Shown here: in pieces, positions 7,488 to 14,950 of the stretch
Layout: every line of letters begins with the position of its first letter
Numbering within the stretch: the first letter of the stretch is position 1
DNA from: an uncultured Myxococcales bacterium
GTDB taxonomy: Bacteria > Myxococcota > UBA4151
DNA length: 16,621 nt
NCBI GenBank assembly: GCA_964013405.1
Contig: CAXGWI010000074.1
Coordinates: 1-16,621, forward strand
Direction: 5' to 3'
Notes under the pieces: model-generated
What the model was told of the DNA's origin: nothing
Database searches by the model: none
Seen by the model: only the letters and a program-made list of their open reading frames with translations
Position numbers and translations under genes: made by a program

Positions 7488-9151
7488 GACAGGATGTCCA
7501 ATCGGTAGGCAGGCGGTTGGTGGGCTGTGGCCGCTTCGACGACCCGACCCATCTGCAGTAAGAGGGCTTCTTCATGGGCTCGACCCATCAACTGTAGTCC
7601 CACCGGTAGACCCTCGCTGTCATAGCCACAGGGAATCGAGAGGGCAGGCAGGCCAGTCAGGTTAGCAGGCTGCGCGTAGCGCATGATCGTCTGAAGCAGG
7701 GTGAGGTCGCTGTCACCCCGGGCGAGCGCATCGGGGCGAATGGGCGGGGCCGTCCGTCCGGTTGTGGGGCTGGCGATCACATCACATTGGCCCAGGGCCC
7801 GGTGAAAGTGTGCGTTCAACCGGGGCCGCAGGCGTTGGGCGTGTACATAGTCTTTGGCGGTGAGCTCCCCGGCGATGTTGAGGTTGAGCCGGTTGTCGAG
7901 GCCGTAGGACTGCCGTTGCTGGGGCCACCAGGGCGCTTGGCCCGCCAAAATCTCGCTCGCGATGGTGGTGAAATGACAAAGACGTAAGAGGTCGAGTTCG
8001 GGGATTTCGACCTCGATAACCTCGGCGCCGGCTTGCTCGAGGTGGGAGACGCCGGCTCGGGCCCAGGTCACGACGGCCTCATCGGCGTCCTCGAACCAGG
8101 GCGTAAAGACGCCGACCTTCAGGCCGCTGAGGTCTCCCTGATTCAATTGGTCCAAGTGCGGCGCCGGTTGATCCAGGCCAGGGGGGTAGAGGGGGTCTGG
8201 GCCGGCCATCAGACCGTAGGCTAGGGCGACGTCGGCAACACTGGCACCGAGGGGTCCGACGTGTCCCACACTCCAGCAAAAGGGCAGGGCACCGTGTTCA
8301 CTGACTCGGGCAAAGGTGGGCTTCAGCCCAACGATGCCATTAAAGGCCGCGGGAATCCGGATCGAGCCGCCGCCATCTGCACCCACCGCAATTGGACAAA
8401 ACCCGCTCGCGACGGCCGCGGCGCTGCCACCGGAAGAGCCGCCCACGCAGTGGCCCGCGTTGTAGGGGTTTCGGGGCGTGCCATGGATCGGGTTGATGCC
8501 GGTCACCCCCATGCCGATCTCATGGAGATTCGTTTTGCCGATGAGCAGGGCACCCGCAGCCCGCAAGCGGGCCACCGCAGTGGCATCCTGCTTGGCGGGG
8601 CCATCGGCCATGAAGGCGGTACCGCCCGTCGTTGGGTAACCGGCTTGGTGGAGTTCGTCTTTAACCGCAACGGGGACGCCCTCCAGCAGGCTCCGGGGCC
8701 GGCCCTCACTCAGCCGCATGGCGCTTTCGGTGGCCTGGGCGATGACGTCTTCTGCTTGCTGGGCGATGAAGGTGGGTCTTGCGGGGTTGCTCTTGGCTTC
8801 TTCTTGGCCGGCGAGAAGAACGGCTTTGGCCACGTCGAGCGGCGTACATCGACCGCTTCGGTAGGCCTGGGCGAAGTCGACAACACCGGGCCAGGTGGCC
8901 GGTCTCGGGACTTCGGCGACCGTTTCGAGCACGATGGGCTCACCTTTGGCTCGAGGGCCAGGCTCGAGCGGGTCGGGGAGGCAACTGGCTTCCGCCGCCT
9001 CGGCTTCGTGAAAGACTGCAAATCCCAGGTCGGCGATGAGCTTCTTGCGCAGCCACCGGCCGATGATCGGCGCCTCGACCAGAAACACGATCAACCGCAG
9101 CAACCAGCCAGCACTCCGGGGGGCCGGCGTGGTTTTTAGATCATAAGTCAT
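7484..9151 (-). CDS. Amidase-signature family enzyme, fatty acid amide hydrolase (plant FAAH)-like
   Basis: 555 aa; Ser-cisSer-Lys triad motifs GVPVAVKDE, GGSSGGSAAAVASG and GADGGGSIRIPAAFNGIVGLKPT; GKTNLHEIG; C-terminal ANLTGLPALSIPCG..GLPVGLQLMG. SD GGAG upstream. Confidence 0.93.
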   Translation of the reverse strand: MTYDLKTTPAPRSAGWLLRLIVFLVEAPIIGRWLRKKLIADLGFAVFHEAEAAEASCLPDPLEPGPRAKGEPIVLETVAEVPRPATWPGVVDFAQAYRSGRCTPLDVAKAVLLAGQEEAKSNPARPTFIAQQAEDVIAQATESAMRLSEGRPRSLLEGVPVAVKDELHQAGYPTTGGTAFMADGPAKQDATAVARLRAAGALLIGKTNLHEIGMGVTGINPIHGTPRNPYNAGHCVGGSSGGSAAAVASGFCPIAVGADGGGSIRIPAAFNGIVGLKPTFARVSEHGALPFCWSVGHVGPLGASVADVALAYGLMAGPDPLYPPGLDQPAPHLDQLNQGDLSGLKVGVFTPWFEDADEAVVTWARAGVSHLEQAGAEVIEVEIPELDLLRLCHFTTIASEILAGQAPWWPQQRQSYGLDNRLNLNIAGELTAKDYVHAQRLRPRLNAHFHRALGQCDVIASPTTGRTAPPIRPDALARGDSDLTLLQTIMRYAQPANLTGLPALSIPCGYDSEGLPVGLQLMGRAHEEALLLQMGRVVEAATAHQPPAYRLDILS

Positions 9152-9193
9152 GGTCCAACTCCCTTGTTGTTGCTTCTACGCAAGCCGCGAAAC

Positions 9194-9208
9194 GGTCAAG
9201 CCTTGACC
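9194..9208. promoter_or_regulatory. Inverted repeat GGTCAAG-C-CTTGACC in the divergent promoter region (candidate operator)
   Basis: Perfect 7-bp arms with a 1-nt spacer, near the middle of the 99-bp gap between the amidase and PCD starts. Extended -10-like TGGTAGGCT at 9228-9236 on the + strand. Confidence 0.4.
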
Positions 9209-9250
9209 CTTGCCTCGCGCCCACGGATGGTAGGCTCACGGAGAAGTCGA

Positions 9251-9601
9251 ATGGCTGATGGAGAAGCCTGCGCGCTGGCGGAAAAGGACTGTGTTCCCTG
9301 TCGTGGCGGCGTGCCGCCCATGGGGGCAGAGGAGATCGCCGAGTATCTACCCCAATTGGATCCAAGCTGGTCGATCAACGAGGCCGGTCATCTAGAGCGT
9401 CAGTTCGAGACCGAGGACTTCGCCCAAGCCCTTGCCTTGGCAAATGCCCTCGGGGCCATCGCTGAGGCCCAATGGCACCATCCCGACTTGACGGTGCGTT
9501 GGGGAAGCGTGGGCGTCGAGATTTGGACCCACAAGATCAATGGTCTCACCGAATCGGATTTCGTGCTCGCAGCTCGCTTCGACCGGGCGGCTGAGGCGTG
9601 A
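9251..9601 (+). CDS. phhB: Pterin-4-alpha-carbinolamine dehydratase (4a-hydroxytetrahydrobiopterin dehydratase, COG2154)
   Basis: 116 aa from ATG 9251 (SD GGAG at 9240-9243). LAEKDCVPCRGGVPP N-terminus; EAQWHHPDLTVRWGSVGVEIWTHKINGLTESDF matches the E-x3-H-H-P-x5-W-x9-H-x8-D catalytic motif. Confidence 0.95.
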   Translation: MADGEACALAEKDCVPCRGGVPPMGAEEIAEYLPQLDPSWSINEAGHLERQFETEDFAQALALANALGAIAEAQWHHPDLTVRWGSVGVEIWTHKINGLTESDFVLAARFDRAAEA

Positions 9602-11148
9602 GACCATCAGGGGACGCAGATCAGCGCTTCGGCTTTTTGATCGACAACCGGAAGTGCATCGGCTGCCACGCATGCTCCACGGCGTGTAAATCGGAAAATG
9701 AGGTCCCCCTCGGTGTGAACCGAACCTGGGTCAAAGGGGTGGAGACCGGCGTTTTTCCCAATGTGACCCGGCATTTTCAGGTCACCCGGTGTAACCACTG
9801 CGAAAATCCACCTTGTGTCGCCATTTGCCCGGTGACGGCCATGTACCAACGGGAAGACGGGATCGTGGAGTTCGACGGTCGCGAGTGCATCGGCTGCAAG
9901 GCCTGTCTCCAAGCCTGCCCCTACGATGCGATTCACGTGGATCCGAACACGGGAACCGCGGCCAAATGTCATTATTGCGCCCACCGGACGGATATCGGTC
10001 TTGAGCCGGCCTGCGTGGTCGTCTGTCCAGAGCACGCTATTTTAGCTGGCGATCTCAACGACCCAGGCAGTGAAATTAGCCAGGTTCTTGCCCGGGAGCG
10101 GGTGACGGTACGGAAGCCAGAACAGGGCACAGCACCCAAGCTCTTCTACATTGAAGGCGAGGCGGTCAGTTTGAACCCCCAAGCCCTGGCTCTTGAGCCG
10201 ACCGGTGGAGTTTTTGCGGAACGAGGGGGGGACCAGTTGCCACCGGGGAGCGGGACCCCGGCCGCGCAAATGGCCCAAGTGGCGTTTAACGCCCAACATA
10301 AGGTGCCCTGGCATTGGCCCGTTCCCGCCTATCTCGTCACCAAGGCCGTTGCCGCAGGCCTGCCGATGGTCCTTGGGATCAGCTGGCTTTTCCTCAAGGT
10401 CCCCTTTCAGGGTGAGGTGGCGTGGTGGGCTAGTCTAATCGCCAGCGCATTTCTCGCGCTGACCGGCCTCTTGCTGGTCATCGATCTGGAACGCCCAGAG
10501 CGATTCTTGAAGATCCTTCTCAGGCCCCAGTGGCGTAGTTGGCTGGCCCGTGGCGCTTTTGTCATCATGGCTCAGACTGGGCTCTTGCTGGCTTGGGTGT
10601 TGCTGGAGGGCTGGGGCTCGCCGGACCTGGCGTCCACTTGGCGCTTTCCCCTCTTGGCCATTTTGCTGCCATCGAGTCTGCTGACTGCAATCTATACGGC
10701 CTTTCTCTTCGCCCAGGCCGAGGGGCGTGATCTCTGGCAGAGTCCGCTGGCTCCCTTTCACTTGGGCCTGCAAGCCTTGGTCATGGGGGCTTCCGTGGTC
10801 TTGATGCTGGGTCTCTTTGTCGACCTCGAGCCAAGCCTGCGTCACGGTATGGGTTGGCTTTTGGGCCTGTCCCTGCTGGCTGATTTGTTCATCACTCTGG
10901 TGGGGGAGTTCGGCACGCCCCATGCCAGTTCGGTGGCTTCGGCCGCGGCTCGGCTGATCGTCAAAGGGCCTTTCGCCGGGCTCTTTTGGGGGGGCGCCGT
11001 GACCCTGGGGCACTTGCTCCCCATGGGCTTGCTTCTGGTCTCATGCGAAGGGGCCTATGGCGCGGCAGCAGGGCTCGCTGCGGGCATCGGCCTTTACTGC
11101 TTTGAGCACGTCTGGGTCATGGCCCCCCAGCACGTGGCCAACAGTTAG
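9598..11148 (+). CDS. Fusion of a NrfC/PsrB/DmsB-type 4x[4Fe-4S] ferredoxin and a NrfD/PsrC-type membrane anchor (about 8 TM helices)
   Basis: 516 aa; four Cys groups CIGCHACSTAC, CNHCENPPCVAIC, CIGCKACLQAC and CHYC-x11-CVVVC; KPEQGTAPKLFY. Then NrfD hallmarks W.WPVPAYL, DLERPERF, SWLARGA, YTAFLF, W.SP and about 8 hydrophobic segments. GTG start overlaps the PCD stop (GTGA). Confidence 0.93.
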   Translation: MRPSGDADQRFGFLIDNRKCIGCHACSTACKSENEVPLGVNRTWVKGVETGVFPNVTRHFQVTRCNHCENPPCVAICPVTAMYQREDGIVEFDGRECIGCKACLQACPYDAIHVDPNTGTAAKCHYCAHRTDIGLEPACVVVCPEHAILAGDLNDPGSEISQVLARERVTVRKPEQGTAPKLFYIEGEAVSLNPQALALEPTGGVFAERGGDQLPPGSGTPAAQMAQVAFNAQHKVPWHWPVPAYLVTKAVAAGLPMVLGISWLFLKVPFQGEVAWWASLIASAFLALTGLLLVIDLERPERFLKILLRPQWRSWLARGAFVIMAQTGLLLAWVLLEGWGSPDLASTWRFPLLAILLPSSLLTAIYTAFLFAQAEGRDLWQSPLAPFHLGLQALVMGASVVLMLGLFVDLEPSLRHGMGWLLGLSLLADLFITLVGEFGTPHASSVASAAARLIVKGPFAGLFWGGAVTLGHLLPMGLLLVSCEGAYGAAAGLAAGIGLYCFEHVWVMAPQHVANS

Positions 11149-11157
11149 GAGGTCGAC

Positions 11158-14022
11158 GTGTCCTTGCTCGACTCCATGCTCGCTCTCTTGGGGAAGGTGC
11201 CCGTGAAGGGGATTCCAAGGGCAGCGGAAGCGCCCAGTTACTCCGAAGCCCAGCGGGAACCGAAGGTCATCGACAGCCAGCGACTCCCCGACGGGCGCTT
11301 GGCTGCCTATCCGCCGGAAGCTGACTGGGATGACTGGGTCGAATGGGATGCTCGTCGCTGGCCCGAGAAAGTGCCCAGGCATTACCGTTTGGTCCCCACG
11401 GTCTGCTTCAACTGTGAGAGTGCCTGTGGGCTGTTGGCCTATGTGGACAAATCCTCTTATGAGATCCGCAAATTTGAGGGCAACCCAGCCCATCCAGGGA
11501 GTCGAGGACGCAATTGTGCCAAAGGACCAGCGACCCTCAACCAAATCTACGACCCGGAACGAATCCTCTACCCGCTCAAGCGAGTAGGGGCTCGAGGGGA
11601 GGGCCAATGGCAGCGGGTTTCCTGGGACCAGGCCCTCGATGAAATCAGCGCCAAGATGGCGCAGAGCAAGCGCCAGCGAGACAATGGCATCGTCTATCAC
11701 GTGGGCCGGCCTGGTGAAGATGGCTACACCAATCGAGTGGTCCAGAGTTGGGGTATGGACGGGCACAACAGCCACACCAACATTTGCTCTGCTGCGGCGC
11801 GGGCCGGCTATGCCTTCTGGGGGGGCTTCGATCGTCCCAGTCCGGACTACGCAAATGCTCGAGCCATCCTGCTGATCTCGAGCCACCTGGAGACTGGGCA
11901 TTACTTTAATCCCCATGCCCAGCGCATTATGGAGGCCAAAGAGAAGGGGGCGAAGCTGATCACCCTCGACCCCCGCCTCTCCAATACCGCAAGCAAGTCC
12001 GATGTGTGGCTGCCCACGTGGCCGGGTTCGGAAGCCACCTTGCTGCTCGCCATCGCGAACGAACTCCTGCAGTCGGGTCGCTACGACCGAGAATTCTTGC
12101 GCCAATGGGTGAACTGGGAAGACGTCCTCGAGGCAGCACCGGAGCATATCACGTCCGTCGATTCGGCCGAGATTATCGCCGCGGCTGGCGGCGGCTTTGA
12201 AGCCTTCGAAGCCTTGCTGAAAGCCCTCTACGCCGAGTTCACCTTTGAGCGGGCCGCTGAGGAAGCTCAGGTGCCCGTGGCGCGCATTCGTGAAGCGGCG
12301 GAGATCATCGCCGATTGTGATGGTCGACTGGCAGCCCACAACTGGCGTGCCGCCTCCATGGGCAATCGGGGCGGGTGGCAGGTCGCCCGTTGTTTGTTCT
12401 TCCTCAACGTCCTCACCGGCAGCGTCGGGACCCGGGGCGGCACCAGCGCCAACAGTTGGAATAAGTTCAGCGCAAAGCCCTGGCACCAACCGCCCACCTT
12501 GGAGACCTGGAACGAACTCCACCTGCCCCATGAGTGGCCCTTCGCCATGTATGAGATGAGTTTCCTCCTGCCTCATTTCCTCGAGGAAGGCCGGGGCGAT
12601 ATCGATGTGTATTTCACCCGGGTCTACAACCCGTTGTGGATTAATCCGGACGGATTTTCCTGGATGCAGGCCCTGCGGGACGAGACCAAGATTCGTTGCC
12701 ATGTGGCCCTGACTCCCACGTGGAATGAGTCGGCTTGGTTCGCAGACTATGTCTTACCCATGGGGCATGCTGGCGAGCGCCACGACCTCATGAGTCAAGA
12801 GACCCATGCGGGGCAGTGGATCGCCTTTCGACAGCCGGTTCGGCGGGTTGCGATGGAAGCCGACGGGATCGAAGTGGGACGAACCTACGAGGCGAACCCG
12901 GGGGAGGTCTGGGAGGAAAACGAGTTTTGGATCGATTTGTCAGCCCGCATGGACCCCGATGGCACGCTCGGCGTCCGGGAGCATTTCATCAGCCCCTATC
13001 GCGCCGGCGAGATCATTACGGTGGAAGAGTATTATCGCTGGATCTTCGAAAACTCGGTGCCCGGCTTACCGGAGGCAGCCGCCCAACGGGGGCTTAGCCC
13101 CCTCGAGTACATGCGTCGTTACGGTGCCTTTGAGGTGAAATCGGACATCGTCCAACCGTTCGCGGTCGTTGAAGACGGTCAGCCCAAAGGCTTTGGGACG
13201 CCGAGCGGGAAACTGGAGTTCTTCTCGAAGACGCTGGCCCAATGGGGCTGGCCCGAACAGGACTATGTCATCCCTTGGCCCCTGCGAAGTCATGTACACC
13301 CACAAGAGATTCGTCGGGATCAGGGCGAGATGATCCTGTTGCCGAACTTCCGCTTGCCCACGCTGATCCACACCCGAAGTGCGAACTGCAAGTGGCTCTA
13401 TGAAATCAGTCACCGGAACCCCCTTTGGATGCACAGCGAGGATGCGGAGCGCTTGGCTTTGAAGTCCGGTGACTTGGCTCGAGTCGAGACAGAGATTGGT
13501 TACTTTGTCGCCAAAGTTTGGGTCACCGAAGGGATCAAGCCAGGCATCGTTGGCTTGAGCCATCACTTAGGACGCTGGCGTCTCAAGAGCGATGAAGGGC
13601 AGAATCGTTTCAGTTCGGCCGAGGCGGAGTTGGACACCGAGGACCCCCAGGCCCAACAACTGCGCTTTCGAGGGGGGGCGACGGCCTATGACACTTGGGA
13701 CCCAGACACTCAGAGGATCTGGTGGCAGGATGTGGGCGTTCACCAGAACCTGACCCATGCGGTGCAGCCGGACCCCATCTCCGGTGCCCACTGTTGGCTG
13801 CAGAAGGCCCTGAGCGTCGAGCCAGCCAGACCCGGTGATGCCTACGGTGATGTGGGCGTGGACCTCGAAAAATCCAAAGCGCTCTACAAGCGCTGGCATG
13901 CACTGACGCGCTCGGCCGTGGACCATAGCCCCGACGGCAGTCGGCGCCCTTATTGGTTGAAGCGGCCGCTGAAGCCGGTACCGGCCGCGTACCGCTTACC
14001 GGAGTCTCCTTTTGGGCGCTGA
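11158..14022 (+). CDS. Mo/W-bisPGD oxidoreductase catalytic subunit (DMSO reductase superfamily, Psr/Phs/Ttr/Arr-like, substrate unknown), no Tat signal
   Basis: 954 aa; SD AGGAGG before GTG. FS0 motif C83-x2-C-x3-C-x29-C120-A-K; PERILYPLKR, VSWDQALDEI; candidate Mo-ligand Cys210 in HNSHTNIC; DPRLSNTASKSD, ESAWFADYVLP, GTPSGKLEF; molybdopterin-dinucleotide-binding domain (HTRS..LWMHSEDAERLALKSGD..VTEGIKPG). Confidence 0.95.
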   Translation: MSLLDSMLALLGKVPVKGIPRAAEAPSYSEAQREPKVIDSQRLPDGRLAAYPPEADWDDWVEWDARRWPEKVPRHYRLVPTVCFNCESACGLLAYVDKSSYEIRKFEGNPAHPGSRGRNCAKGPATLNQIYDPERILYPLKRVGARGEGQWQRVSWDQALDEISAKMAQSKRQRDNGIVYHVGRPGEDGYTNRVVQSWGMDGHNSHTNICSAAARAGYAFWGGFDRPSPDYANARAILLISSHLETGHYFNPHAQRIMEAKEKGAKLITLDPRLSNTASKSDVWLPTWPGSEATLLLAIANELLQSGRYDREFLRQWVNWEDVLEAAPEHITSVDSAEIIAAAGGGFEAFEALLKALYAEFTFERAAEEAQVPVARIREAAEIIADCDGRLAAHNWRAASMGNRGGWQVARCLFFLNVLTGSVGTRGGTSANSWNKFSAKPWHQPPTLETWNELHLPHEWPFAMYEMSFLLPHFLEEGRGDIDVYFTRVYNPLWINPDGFSWMQALRDETKIRCHVALTPTWNESAWFADYVLPMGHAGERHDLMSQETHAGQWIAFRQPVRRVAMEADGIEVGRTYEANPGEVWEENEFWIDLSARMDPDGTLGVREHFISPYRAGEIITVEEYYRWIFENSVPGLPEAAAQRGLSPLEYMRRYGAFEVKSDIVQPFAVVEDGQPKGFGTPSGKLEFFSKTLAQWGWPEQDYVIPWPLRSHVHPQEIRRDQGEMILLPNFRLPTLIHTRSANCKWLYEISHRNPLWMHSEDAERLALKSGDLARVETEIGYFVAKVWVTEGIKPGIVGLSHHLGRWRLKSDEGQNRFSSAEAELDTEDPQAQQLRFRGGATAYDTWDPDTQRIWWQDVGVHQNLTHAVQPDPISGAHCWLQKALSVEPARPGDAYGDVGVDLEKSKALYKRWHALTRSAVDHSPDGSRRPYWLKRPLKPVPAAYRLPESPFGR

Positions 14023-14950
14023 TCTTGGGCAACTGCGTAGTCGGTCACAGAACTATGCTTTGCTGGCTCAGATCGTCGCCTCGGGTTTTGATGAAGCACT
14101 GTTGCCAATCCTACGGTTTTCACCGCGCTATGGTCCTGTCCTTCAGGGCCTTTCGGTCTCGGATCTGGCCCAGCGCCACCAGCGGATCTTTGGCTTCGAT
14201 ATCAGCCCGGTTGCCGGCGCGTTCTTGGATCCCAAGGGTCGTGTGGGTGGGCCGTTAAGCGATCAACTCACCGAGAACCTGATCGCCATCGGCGCAAAGC
14301 CAGATGCCGGTGATTTCGAGCCTGAAGCCCTGGCTGAGCAATTGGCCCTGCTCTCTCGCCTTGTGGGCGGCGAAGTCGAGGGCTGGGAAAATGAGCGACC
14401 CGAGGAGTGGCAGGGCTTCCAACTAGCCCAAGGGCTCGTCCTTCATCAGCACTTGATGCCGTGGTTGCCGCCCCTCGTGGTGGCGCTCTCGATGCAAAGC
14501 GAAAGGGCTTATCAAGTCCTGGGTGAAGAGATCTGGAGTTGTAGCCATGGGCACCTGGCCGATCTGGACCCTCGTTGTGATGGGTACCAGACATCTCAAC
14601 CAGCAGGCCGGGACGGGGGCGGTCTGCTGAGCGCACCTGAGACGGGACTCGCCCAGATTGCGGCTTTCCTCGTTCGACCGTTGGACAGTGGTTGGTATCT
14701 GAGTCGAAGTGACCTTGCCGCCGTCGCTGCCGAGGCTGGCGCTTCCCTCGCACCGGGCTCCCGCCAGCAGATGATGGAAGACCTGCTCTATGCCGTCGAG
14801 TTGGAATCGCTCGTTCAGACCTTGGCCGGAAAGGTTGATGCTTGGTCCGCAGCTTACGCCGCGTTGGCGGCGCCCAATCTGATCCGCCCATGGGGCCAAA
14901 GACTCCATGAGACTCGGCAGATGATCGCTGGGCTAGGCGCTGCTACCTAA
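14012..14950 (+). CDS. TorD/DmsD-like redox-enzyme maturation chaperone with C-terminal extension
   Basis: 312 aa; TTG start with GGAG at 14001-14004, overlapping the molybdoenzyme end by 11 nt. HQRIFGFDISPVAGAFL (P-x-x-S-x-Y/F-like motif), EPEALAEQLALLSRL (degenerate E-P-x-D-H) and LHQHLMPWLP; lies directly downstream of the molybdoenzyme. Confidence 0.78.
   Translation: MGADLGQLRSRSQNYALLAQIVASGFDEALLPILRFSPRYGPVLQGLSVSDLAQRHQRIFGFDISPVAGAFLDPKGRVGGPLSDQLTENLIAIGAKPDAGDFEPEALAEQLALLSRLVGGEVEGWENERPEEWQGFQLAQGLVLHQHLMPWLPPLVVALSMQSERAYQVLGEEIWSCSHGHLADLDPRCDGYQTSQPAGRDGGGLLSAPETGLAQIAAFLVRPLDSGWYLSRSDLAAVAAEAGASLAPGSRQQMMEDLLYAVELESLVQTLAGKVDAWSAAYAALAAPNLIRPWGQRLHETRQMIAGLGAAT

Noticed and set aside
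8261..9139. 292-aa + strand ORF and similar shadows (3868-4626, 6873-7418, 10435-11013, 14268-14891, 15936-16577)
   Set aside because: They overlap well-supported genes in antisense or alternative frames, with low-complexity R/G/P-rich translations and no motifs.
7484..9151. Amidase as gatA
   Set aside because: No gatB or gatC adjacent, a long N-terminal extension, and GADGGGS rather than the GatA-type GSDTGGSIRQP motif.
9164..9250. Longer PCD start given by the ORF track (145 aa)
   Set aside because: ATG 9251 has an SD and gives a typical family length; the extension would cover the divergent promoter region.
9598..10030. CxxCH sequence (CIGCH) as a heme c site
   Set aside because: It is part of the C-x2-C-x2-C-x3-C ferredoxin motif in a non-exported FeS domain.
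11341..11370. RR in EWDARRWPEK as a possible Tat motif
   Set aside because: About 65 residues from the start, in an acidic context, with no S/T-R-R-x-F-L-K consensus and no following hydrophobic region.
11041..12702. 553-aa - strand ORF
   Set aside because: Lies almost entirely antisense to the molybdoenzyme and has no recognisable motifs; long shadow ORFs are expected in GC-rich coding DNA.
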